Origin: Candidatus Aminicenantes bacterium
GTDB lineage: Bacteria > Acidobacteriota > Aminicenantia > Aminicenantales > Aminicenantaceae
Assembly: GCA_030614685.1 (NCBI GenBank)
Contig: JAUWTO010000003.1
Coordinates: 1 to 46,060, forward strand
DNA length: 46,060 bases
Reading direction: 5' to 3'
Below are positions 8,946-17,030 of the stretch, one piece after another. Under the pieces are notes generated by a model. The model ran no database searches and was not told the origin of the DNA. It saw nothing but the letters and a program-made list of their open reading frames with translations. The position numbers were made by a program, and so were the translations under genes. Positions within the stretch are counted from its first letter, which is position 1, and each line of letters begins with the position of its first letter.

Positions 8946-9622
8946 AGAAGCTCGCCCCCAGGGATTTTCCCGGCCACCTCTCGGCCACCGTCTTCACCGG
9001 GGGCTGCAACTTCCGCTGCCCATACTGCCACAACGCTGAGCTGGTCCTGAGGTCGGCGTCTCTCAGCACGATATCCCGGGAGGAGTTCCTAGAGTTTCTG
9101 GAGGTGCGCAGGGGATTTCTCGAGGCCGTCTGTGTCACGGGAGGGGAGCCTCTCATGCACGAGGATGTGGGAGACCTCCTGGGTGCCATCAAGGGAAAGG
9201 GACTCCTGGTCAAAATCGACACCAATGGGGCCTATCCAGAACGGCTGCGGGAGTTGATCACGGAGGGAATGGTGGATTATGTGGCCATGGATGTGAAGGC
9301 CCCTCTCGAAAAATATCCGAAAGCCGTGGGTGTCGCAGTCGATACGGAGGCCATCCGGGAGAGCATCGCCATTCTCAGGGAATCCGGATGCGGCCACCTC
9401 TTCCGGACCACGGTGGTGCCAGGCCTGCTGTCCGGGGATGACATCGGGGCCATCGCTGAAATGCTCGAGGGCGCGGCAGAATACAGGCTGCAGCCATTTA
9501 TCGCTGGCCACACCCTGGATCCGGCCTATGCCGACCGTCCCTCCTGCAAAAGAGAGGAACTTTCCCGGCTGGCCGGAATCGCAGGGGAGTATATCCCCAA
9601 CGTCACGATCGAAGGGACGTAA
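8924..9622 (+). CDS. nrdG: anaerobic RNR activating radical SAM enzyme
   Basis: GCNFRCPYCHN, VTGGEP, KIDTNG; located in the nrdD operon; TTG start. Confidence 0.93.
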   Translation: MVEIKGLEKLAPRDFPGHLSATVFTGGCNFRCPYCHNAELVLRSASLSTISREEFLEFLEVRRGFLEAVCVTGGEPLMHEDVGDLLGAIKGKGLLVKIDTNGAYPERLRELITEGMVDYVAMDVKAPLEKYPKAVGVAVDTEAIRESIAILRESGCGHLFRTTVVPGLLSGDDIGAIAEMLEGAAEYRLQPFIAGHTLDPAYADRPSCKREELSRLAGIAGEYIPNVTIEGT

Positions 9623-9627
9623 ACAGC

Positions 9628-10050
9628 ATGGAACTCAAAGTCAAACGGCTGAACACGGACGCCAAACTGCCCTGCTACGGCCATCCCGGTGACGCGGGGC
9701 TGGATCTATTCAGCGCCGTCGACATGGTCCTCGAACCGGGGGAAGCGCAGGCGGTGCCCACGGGGATCCAGACCGCCATCCCGGTCGGTCATGTCGGGCT
9801 GGTCTGGGACAAGAGCGGGATCTCCTTATCCGGAGTTCACAGGCTGGCAGGGGTTGTGGATGCGGGCTACAGAGGGGAGATCAAGGTCGTCATGATCAAC
9901 CTAAGCCGCGGCGATTTCGTTATTTCCAAGGGCATGAAGATCGCTCAGATGCTCATCCAGCCGGTCATCGAGGTGTCGGTGAGCGAGGCCGACAGCCTGG
10001 ATGACACGGAGAGAGGCGAGGGAGGATTCGGGAGCACCGGGCGCTTCTGA
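9628..10050 (+). CDS. dut: dUTP diphosphatase
   Basis: DAGLDL, KSG, GVVDAGYRGE, KIAQ, RGEGGFGSTG. Confidence 0.97.
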   Translation: MELKVKRLNTDAKLPCYGHPGDAGLDLFSAVDMVLEPGEAQAVPTGIQTAIPVGHVGLVWDKSGISLSGVHRLAGVVDAGYRGEIKVVMINLSRGDFVISKGMKIAQMLIQPVIEVSVSEADSLDDTERGEGGFGSTGRF

Positions 10051-10101
10051 TGCTCCAGGGGTGCCCATCAGGCCCCGAAAAAGACCCCTGGAGGAGAGAG
10101 C

Positions 10102-10809
10102 ATGGGATTCCAGCCTGACCCAGGAAAGAAATTCCGTGTGATCCTGGTGCGCCCCCAGAGCCCGGAGAACATCGGACTTGTGGCCCGGGCCATGAAAAAC
10201 GCGGGCTTTGCAGACCTGCATCTCGTACATGACCGCCTCCTGCCCTCACAGGCGCATATCACAGCCGTGCACGCCGAAGACATATTGGATAAGGCCCGGC
10301 TCTGCTCGAGCGTAGGCGAGGCTGTATCCGATCTGGATGCCGTCTTTGCAGCGGTGGCCCGGCACCGGAAGAACTTCCCCTCCCTGGCTTTGGAGCAGGC
10401 CCTGGACCGGCTGGATGAGCTGCCGTCAGGGAGCCGTGTCGGCTTCCTGTTCGGGAACGAACGGACCGGACTGGAGTCCCTGGAGTTGCGTCACTCCAAC
10501 TTTCGCTTCACCCTTCCCCAGGCCTCGGTCCAGCCGTCCTACAACCTGGCTTCAGCCGTACTGTTGACCCTGTTTCATGTCTCACGCATGGCAGGAGGCA
10601 GGGGGGTCGTCGAGCCCTGGGAACGGCCCCTGCCGCGCAGCGAACAGGAAGACTGCATCCGTCTGATCCTGCAGAAGCTGGAGGAAAAGCGGTTTATCCG
10701 TTCCGGAAACCAGCGGCATATGGATGAAAGGATCCACGACCTCTTCGGCCGGCTCGCCATGACGGCCGCTGACCGCGACCTCCTCCTGGCGATATTCGGG
10801 AAGAGGTGA
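10102..10809 (+). CDS. SPOUT RNA methyltransferase, TrmJ/LasT family
   Basis: VILVRPQSPENIGLVARAMKN, LFGNERTGL, SYNLASAV. Confidence 0.9.
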   Translation: MGFQPDPGKKFRVILVRPQSPENIGLVARAMKNAGFADLHLVHDRLLPSQAHITAVHAEDILDKARLCSSVGEAVSDLDAVFAAVARHRKNFPSLALEQALDRLDELPSGSRVGFLFGNERTGLESLELRHSNFRFTLPQASVQPSYNLASAVLLTLFHVSRMAGGRGVVEPWERPLPRSEQEDCIRLILQKLEEKRFIRSGNQRHMDERIHDLFGRLAMTAADRDLLLAIFGKR

Positions 10810-10857
10810 GATCCGCTCGCCCGGAGGGTTGAAGATGCCGACCCATAAATTGTATTG

Positions 10858-10984
10858 AGCCGAGGCTGTGAAGGGGTCAAGATTGGTGCAGCGACGAGGA
10901 TTGGTTCATGAGGTGTAGTGTACTACAGCGATTGGACCATGACGATGTTGATGTGCTGAGATTAGCCCCTTCACAGCCTCGGCT
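10858..10984. mobile_element. 127-bp MITE/REP-like element with perfect 19-bp terminal inverted repeats
   Basis: AGCCGAGGCTGTGAAGGGG (10858-10876) and its exact reverse complement (10966-10984). Internal hairpin TGTAG-tgta-CTACA. No transposase. Confidence 0.65.
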
Positions 10985-10986
10985 GA

Positions 10987-11955
10987 TCAGTGGGTGAGTT
11001 GGGGGATCCACAGATAATAAAACCCGCTTTTGAGCGTCTGCATCATCTGTCGGACCTTCGAACTGTCCATCGTCATGAAGTCATCCAGCCGTGTAGCATA
11101 GATGTTGGTTTTGGTCTTGGGATAATACGAGAAGGAGACAACCTTGGCCTCGGATATTCCCGCCAGCTCCAGGACTTTCCCCAGGGCGTCATCGAAGTAG
11201 CCTATGGAGTCGATCAGGCCCTCTTCCAGGGGCTGGGGGGCGGGGTAGATCCGACCATCGGCCAGGGTACGGAGCCTGTCCAGGGAGATCTGAGTCTTCC
11301 GCCCGGCAGCGACAGCCTTGATGAAATTTTGGTGAAAACCGTCGACGATATCCTGGAAAACGGCCTTTTCTTCGGTGCTCATTCCCCGGAAGGGGCTGCC
11401 GGAGTCCTTCATCTGGCCTGATTTGATCACGGTCATCTCGACTCCGATCTTCGAGAAGAGCTCCTCGATGTTGGGAAAGATGGAGATGACTCCGATGCTG
11501 CCGGTTATGGTGGAGGGGTGGGCGGTGATGTGGTCGCACGCCGATGCCACGTAATAGCCTCCTGATGTGGACAGTCCCATCATGAGGGCCACTACCGGGA
11601 CACCGGTCCTGGCCCGGAACTCCTTGACCTCATTGTAGAGGATATCGCTCGCGGTCACCTCCCCTCCAGGCGTGTCCAGCCGCAGGATGATCCCCTTGAC
11701 CCTGCTGTCCTCGGCCGCCTTCTCCAGCCTGTAGTAGACCTGAGACAGGATGTTTCCGTCCTTCCTCGGAAAAAATCCTGTGTCCCCCATGACACCGATG
11801 ATCCCGCTTATATCCAGGAGCAGGATCTTGTCCTTCGCCCGGCTGTCGGCAAGTGTGACCTCCTCGATCTTGTCTTTGCCCAGCATGTCGAGATGCACGT
11901 GACACCCGGCTGCAAACACAAGAACGACGAGGGACAGTAAAAGGATTCGTTTCAT
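10987..11955 (-). CDS. sppA: signal peptide peptidase SppA (S49, 36K type), lipoprotein
   Basis: LRLDTPGGEV, STSGGYYVA, TITGSIGV, KSGQMKD; lipobox FAAGC; SD GAGGAGG. Confidence 0.93.
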   Translation of the reverse strand: MKRILLLSLVVLVFAAGCHVHLDMLGKDKIEEVTLADSRAKDKILLLDISGIIGVMGDTGFFPRKDGNILSQVYYRLEKAAEDSRVKGIILRLDTPGGEVTASDILYNEVKEFRARTGVPVVALMMGLSTSGGYYVASACDHITAHPSTITGSIGVISIFPNIEELFSKIGVEMTVIKSGQMKDSGSPFRGMSTEEKAVFQDIVDGFHQNFIKAVAAGRKTQISLDRLRTLADGRIYPAPQPLEEGLIDSIGYFDDALGKVLELAGISEAKVVSFSYYPKTKTNIYATRLDDFMTMDSSKVRQMMQTLKSGFYYLWIPQLTH

Positions 11956-11986
11956 GTTGGCCCTCCTCATAGGTTTCCTTGCTTCG

Positions 11987-12072
11987 ATTATAGCACACTC
12001 TTCCGAGTCTCGTGAGAGGGGGGATATGGGGAGATGAGTTCTGTTGACTTCTCTCAGAGGGGGTGATATATA
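11987..12072. promoter_or_regulatory. divergent sigma70 promoters for sppA (-) and the HD-GYP-like gene (+)
   Basis: Minus strand TGc-TATAAT (11987-11995). Plus strand TTGACT(12044-12049)-17 bp-TATATA(12067-12072). Confidence 0.55.
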
Positions 12073-12094
12073 TCGAGGCGAAAAGAGTCCATAA

Positions 12095-13024
12095 ATGATT
12101 CGATGGATCAAAGGGTTCGTGCGGGACCATTTCGAAGGGGCAATCCTCGGCCTGATCCTGGCAGGGGTCTTCCTCATGGCGTTCCTGGTCCAGAATAAGT
12201 TCTCGTTCCTCAACTTTTTCTTCCTGCCCGTTATACTCTCCGGGTATTTTCTGGGTAAGAACCGAGCCGTGCTCATGGCGGTCTTCTCGGTGCTGCTCGT
12301 CATACTGTATCTGGTCTACGTGGAGCTGATCACCGGACCCAAGGATTTCTTCATGTTTCATGAGGCGATCAACCTGGTGACCTGGGGAAGCCTGCTGATC
12401 CTCACGGGAGCATTGATCGGTTCCTTTTCGGAGCAGCGGGAGGCAAAGCTCGATACGCTCCGCAAGGCCTATGTGGGAACCCTCGAGATCATGCTCAAAT
12501 ACCTGGAGAGCGTGGACGAGGCCACTCCGCCGGCCCAGAGGGTGGCGCGGATAGCGGGCCGGATCGCCGCCGCTGCCGGACTTGAGACCAATGAGATCGA
12601 GAACATCAAATCGGCTTCCCTGCTGTCGGTGGCGGGCGACCTGAGTTCCAGCCTGCCCCTTTTCGTCGAGATGACGGATTTCCTGAGTTCGGACGAGGAC
12701 GTCCTGGCGAGATCGCTCGATGACCGGAAGAAAATCATGTTGCGCTCCACGTCCTCGCTTCTCAAAGAGATCCAGCCGCTCCTGCGGGCCTTTTATGCGC
12801 AATATGTGCAGCAGAGCGACACGCTGGACAAGGATCTGGCCGAGGTCCCGTTGGGAAGCAGCATCATGGCTCTGGCGCAGGTCTATGACAGGATCGCAAC
12901 CAGGTCGGCTCCCTTTCAGGGAAGGGAAGAGTTCGGCTCCATGATGGAGGTCCAGCAGTTGTCCGGAAGAACCTTCCCCCCCGAGGCTGTCGAGGCCCTC
13001 ATGCTGGTGATCACATCGACCTGA
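12095..13024 (+). CDS. membrane protein (about 4 TM) with degenerate HD-GYP domain
   Basis: QRVARIAGRIA..GL...EIENIKSASLL and EVPLGSSIMALAQVYD follow the HD-GYP pattern, but the metal-binding residues are replaced. Confidence 0.7.
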   Translation: MIRWIKGFVRDHFEGAILGLILAGVFLMAFLVQNKFSFLNFFFLPVILSGYFLGKNRAVLMAVFSVLLVILYLVYVELITGPKDFFMFHEAINLVTWGSLLILTGALIGSFSEQREAKLDTLRKAYVGTLEIMLKYLESVDEATPPAQRVARIAGRIAAAAGLETNEIENIKSASLLSVAGDLSSSLPLFVEMTDFLSSDEDVLARSLDDRKKIMLRSTSSLLKEIQPLLRAFYAQYVQQSDTLDKDLAEVPLGSSIMALAQVYDRIATRSAPFQGREEFGSMMEVQQLSGRTFPPEAVEALMLVITST

Positions 13025-13088
13025 GCATGAAGTCTCCCCCCCTGGGCGTGTCCTCAGGGGAATAATCGCAGGAAATAAGGAGAACAAT

Positions 13089-14584
13089 ATGCAGAGATGG
13101 CATGGTGACCTTAGCATCGCCCTGATCGTTTTTCTGATCTTGACTTTTGGAGCCGCTCTCTACGGCCAGTCCCCGGGTATAGAGAGCGGTAAGCGATACG
13201 AGCGGCTGATCATCCGCAATGTGATGATGATCGATGGCAACGGTACTCCGGCCCAGGGGCCGATGGATATCGTGATCGAAGGCAATGCCATCCAGTCGGT
13301 CCGCGGGGCCCGTCAGGGAGAGAATCCCTACTCTGGCGAGGCCCACGTGATCGACGGCAGTGGGATGTATGCCCTGCCCGGCCTGATCAACCTGCATGCA
13401 CACATCCACGACACGCGCGGCCGCCGCCCCATACCCTTCGAATATCTCTATAAGCTCTGGCTGTCCTGCGGGATAACCTCGGTGCGGGATGTGGGTTCCA
13501 ACACCCAGAAGACGATCCAGGAGAGAGCGAATAGCCAGGCCGGTGAGATCGCGGCTCCGCGCATTTACCTGTACATGCGAGCAGGCGGACGTACCCCGGA
13601 GGAGGCCCGGCAGGCGGTCCAGAGGATAAAGAAGGCGGGCGGGACGGCGTGAAGATCTTCGGCATGGACCAGGACATCATGGAGGCGGTCGTGCAGGAGG
13701 CCCGTGACTTGGGCATGCGGGTGGCGCATCACGTGGGAGTTGAGGAAACCGATGCCCGGCACGATGCGGCCTACGGCGTCACCAGCATCGAGCACTGGTA
13801 TGGAGTCCCTGATGCCGCTCTTCGGGGTTCGCAGAACTTTCCGTACGGCTACAACTACAACGACGAGAGTGATCGCTTCCGCTATGCGGGCCGCCTCTGG
13901 CGGGAGGCCGATCCCAAAAAGTTGCAGAAAGTCCTGTCGGACATGGTGGCCAACAAGGTGTCTTGGTGTCCGACCTTCGTGATCTACGAGGCCAACCGGG
14001 ACCTCCAGAGAGCGAAGAACCAGCCCTGGTTCACGGACTATCTGCATCCGGTACTGGAAGAGTATTTTGTTCCCTCTCCGGCCAACCATGGTTCCTATCA
14101 CTGGAACTGGACCACGACCGACGAGGTCTTCTGGCGGGAGAACTATCAGATCTGGATGAAGGCGGTGCGTGCCTTCGCAGACATGGGAGGCGTGGTCGGC
14201 TGCGGTGAAGACGCCGGCTACATCTACATGATGTACGGATTCAGCCTGATCCGGGAGCTGGAGCTCCATCATGAGGCGGGATTCCATCCCATCGATGTGA
14301 TCATGCACGCCACCGGCAACAACGCGCGCATCCTGGGCCTGGAGGACAGGCTGGGCCGGATCCGGCGGGGCTGGCTGGCAGACGTGATCCTGGTGGAGGG
14401 CAACCCACTCAAGAACCTCAAGGTCCTGTACCCCACCGGCACCCTCGACCTGATCGACGGCGAGGTGGTTCAGACCGGCGGGGTCCGCTGGACCATCAAG
14501 GATGGGTTCGTCTATGATGCCAAGGCACTGCGGCAGGATGTGAAGGATTTGGTTTCAGCCGCCCGCGCTGCCGCAAAAAAATAA
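13089..14584 (+). pseudogene. secreted metal-dependent amidohydrolase split by a 1-nt frameshift (ORFs 13089-13652 and 13649-14584)
   Basis: The N-part has a signal peptide and PGLINLHAH; the C-part has KIF, VAHH, SIEH, GCGED, ADVILVEGNP. One extra G at 13641-13643 restores ...KAGGDGVKIF. Confidence 0.8.
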
Positions 14585-14606
14585 AACCTCAGCCGATTTG
14601 ACCAGA

Positions 14607-14762
14607 GGAGTTAGAGCGACCATCGCAGATGCAGCCCTGACGAGGCATTCTTTGAGGGGATCCGACGCAGTCGGGCGGCGAGAATGTTTGAGCCCCGCGA
14701 GTTTCGCAGCCGCCGAAAAGAATGACACGGGAGGGCGGTGAGCATCTGCGGGGAGCTACTCC
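14607..14762. repeat. long imperfect stem-loop (REP/MITE-like) between convergent genes
   Basis: Nested complementary arms GGAGT/ACTCC, CGCAGATGC/GCATCTGCG, GCCCT/AGGGC, CATTCTTT/AAAGAATG, GGCGGC/GCCGCC around the core TGTTTGAGCCCCGCGAGTTT. Confidence 0.6.
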
Positions 14763-14794
14763 CTGATGAATTCGGCGGAAAGGTTTGTTTGTGG

Positions 14795-15736
14795 TCAGGG
14801 AGTGAAATTGCGAGGCGAGATGATCTTGAGGGCGCGCGGCAGGATCTTGAGCTCGACCACATCCCGCTTCCCCAGGGACTCCCCGTTGTACTGAACCGGG
14901 AGGCTCTTTCCCCTGAAGACGGCCTTCGTGGCCTTGAAATGCCTCTGGGTCTTCTGAAACTTTCCGAAATAGATGCTGGGGAAGGACAGGAGAAATTTGC
15001 TGCCGCTGACCTCGAAAAAAGTAAGGTCGATGTAGCCGTCGTCGATCTTGGCCTGAGGAGCGACCTTCCATCCGTAGCCGAAATGGCTGCTCTTCCCGAT
15101 GATGACATCAAATACCTTCAAGTTCAGGACCTTATGCTTGAAATGGACACCGTCGTCGTCGAATCCGTCGAAAAGCTCGATCTCCAGTTCCTGCCTGGAA
15201 AGACGGGACATGATCCGTCCGGCCAAAAGGTGGCCGAAAATCCCCGGCATCCAATGGCGCTCCGCCTCCCAGGTTACCCTCGCCGTGGCCCCCAGGGATC
15301 CGAAGGTGCCCACGCGCCCTCCGAAATCGATGAGATCGATCTCCCGGGTGAATCCTTCCTGGATGATCCGGAGCGCCCGTGGCAGGTGCAGGGGGATGCC
15401 CAGGGAGATGCGGAAGGCATTACCGCTTCCCAGCGGCAGGATACCCAGGGCCAGCTCATGGCCGCGCCCCGAGAGGACGATGCCCTGAAGCACATCGGCG
15501 ATGGTCCCGTCCCCGCCGGCAGCCACGATGATATCGTGATCGGCACACAGTTCGGCAGTCTTCTGTACTGTGAAATCTTTGTCCTTATGCGTGTCGACGA
15601 ATTTGCCCGGCAGGTTCTTCTGGACGTAGTTTCGGACGAGGATGTTTCGTTCCCACTTCCGGTTAGCAGCTTTGGGATTGATTATGCAGACAATCCGGGG
15701 AGCGGAGCTCGCGTCACTCTGTGTCATGGTTTTCAA
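14795..15736 (-). CDS. diacylglycerol/lipid kinase family (YegS/DAGK-like)
   Basis: IINPKA, AAGGDGT, LPLGSGNAF, APQAKIDDG, YNGE. Alternative start ATG 15727. Confidence 0.9.
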   Translation of the reverse strand: MKTMTQSDASSAPRIVCIINPKAANRKWERNILVRNYVQKNLPGKFVDTHKDKDFTVQKTAELCADHDIIVAAGGDGTIADVLQGIVLSGRGHELALGILPLGSGNAFRISLGIPLHLPRALRIIQEGFTREIDLIDFGGRVGTFGSLGATARVTWEAERHWMPGIFGHLLAGRIMSRLSRQELEIELFDGFDDDGVHFKHKVLNLKVFDVIIGKSSHFGYGWKVAPQAKIDDGYIDLTFFEVSGSKFLLSFPSIYFGKFQKTQRHFKATKAVFRGKSLPVQYNGESLGKRDVVELKILPRALKIISPRNFTP

Positions 15737-15786
15737 GGCATTTTGTTGGAATCGGTTCCTATTATACTCAAATTGTTATTGTAAAC

Positions 15787-16767
15787 TCAATGGGAATGCA
15801 TGCTTCCGGACAGAGTTTCCCGAAAGCCCCGCTCCAGCGAGTATTCCGGTGTGAAGCCCAGTTGGGAGCGGGCCTTGTCGCAGGAGAACAGCCAAGGGGT
15901 CTGTGTCATGCTCTTCCAGGCCCTCCTCCCGAAATAGGACCGGATCAGCCGGGCCCGCTTTAGCCCGTCGGTCAGGGACGCGGCCAGCACGATAACGGCT
16001 TCCGGCAGGGGCACATACACAGGTCTGCTCAGGACGATATCCCTGAACGTGAACAGGACCCGGCGCCAGGAATATATCTCCCCGTCCGTCAGGTAATATG
16101 TCTCGCGGAGGGCCTCCGGTGCCAGGGCGGCCTGCACGGTTCCGCGATTGAGGTCCTCGACGTAGATGAGGGTTGTGGCAGGCTCGCGGCTTTTCAGGAC
16201 CGGGACGATCCGCTTTCGGATGAGGCGCATCAGGAGTTCGGTCTCCTTCTGCCGCGGGCCGTACACGTTGGGTGGGCGGATGATGGTGTAGGGAAGGCGC
16301 TCCCCGGCCTCCCTGACCGCCTCCTCACCCCTCAGTTTGGTGCGGCCGTATTCTGTGCGGGGTGAGGAGTTTTGTTCCTCGGTCTTGATGCTCCCCGTTT
16401 CAGAGGGGCCGGCGGCGGCGATGGAGGAAACATATACGAAGCGTCGCAGCGTGCCGCCGGCTTCGAGAGAGGCCTGTACCAGGTTGCGAGTGAATACATG
16501 GTTGACCTGTTCGTAGACTTCCCTGGGGGCGGAATGGATGCGCGCTGCCAGGTGGAAGATGTAATCCTGGCCGGATACGGCCTGTGTGAGGCGGTCAAGC
16601 TCGTCCAGCCGTCCCCGGACCAGCCTTACCCCCCGGTCCTTCAGCCTTGCCGTTCGGCTCTCCGGCCGGCACCAGCAGGTGATGTCCCAGCCCTTATCCG
16701 TCAGATAATCGACCAGGTGGCTCCCGATGAAGCCGGTGGCGCCTGTGATCAGTGCTCGGAGCGGCAT
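15787..16767 (-). CDS. NAD-dependent epimerase/dehydratase (extended SDR)
   Basis: TGATGFIG, HLAA, YVSS, YGRTK, RPPNVYGP. Confidence 0.92.
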   Translation of the reverse strand: MPLRALITGATGFIGSHLVDYLTDKGWDITCWCRPESRTARLKDRGVRLVRGRLDELDRLTQAVSGQDYIFHLAARIHSAPREVYEQVNHVFTRNLVQASLEAGGTLRRFVYVSSIAAAGPSETGSIKTEEQNSSPRTEYGRTKLRGEEAVREAGERLPYTIIRPPNVYGPRQKETELLMRLIRKRIVPVLKSREPATTLIYVEDLNRGTVQAALAPEALRETYYLTDGEIYSWRRVLFTFRDIVLSRPVYVPLPEAVIVLAASLTDGLKRARLIRSYFGRRAWKSMTQTPWLFSCDKARSQLGFTPEYSLERGFRETLSGSMHSH

Positions 16768-16783
16768 GTCTTGTACTCCCTGG

Positions 16784-16870
16784 TTACTCCTCTTTTTCCG
16801 TTTTGGGAATCTCAGAGAGCAGCTCGATGTCCTTTGATCCCGGGACCAGGAGTCCTGGTAGAGTTTTCAT
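16784..16870 (-). CDS. putative 28-aa small protein (MKTLPGLLVPGSKDIELLSEIPKTEKEE)
   Basis: GGAGG SD 5 nt before ATG; stop 16 nt before the epimerase start; extended -10 TGtTAGAAT upstream. Not in the ORF track. Confidence 0.4.
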   Translation of the reverse strand: MKTLPGLLVPGSKDIELLSEIPKTEKEE

Positions 16871-17030
16871 GCCGCCCTCCATGAGATATTTTCCAGACAT
16901 GCCAAGAGAATTCTAACATATATGAAACCGGCTGGATATTCAACGGGCTTATCCTATATGGGGGTGGGACGCTCAGCTTGCATTTTCGCTGCAGATTTAG
17001 CACAATCTTTATGGTTTTCAGACCGGAAAA

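Noticed and set aside
11225-11250. Unusual prolines in SppA (IYPAPQPLEEG instead of IYTA.QAL..G)
   Set aside because: Single-base changes inside a G/C-run region. Could be base-call errors, so no biological claim is supportable.
13621-13652. Programmed ribosomal frameshift in the amidohydrolase
   Set aside because: No X_XXY_YYZ slippery site or clear stimulator.
16889-16905. Minus-strand TGGCATG as a sigma54 promoter
   Set aside because: No TTGC at -12.
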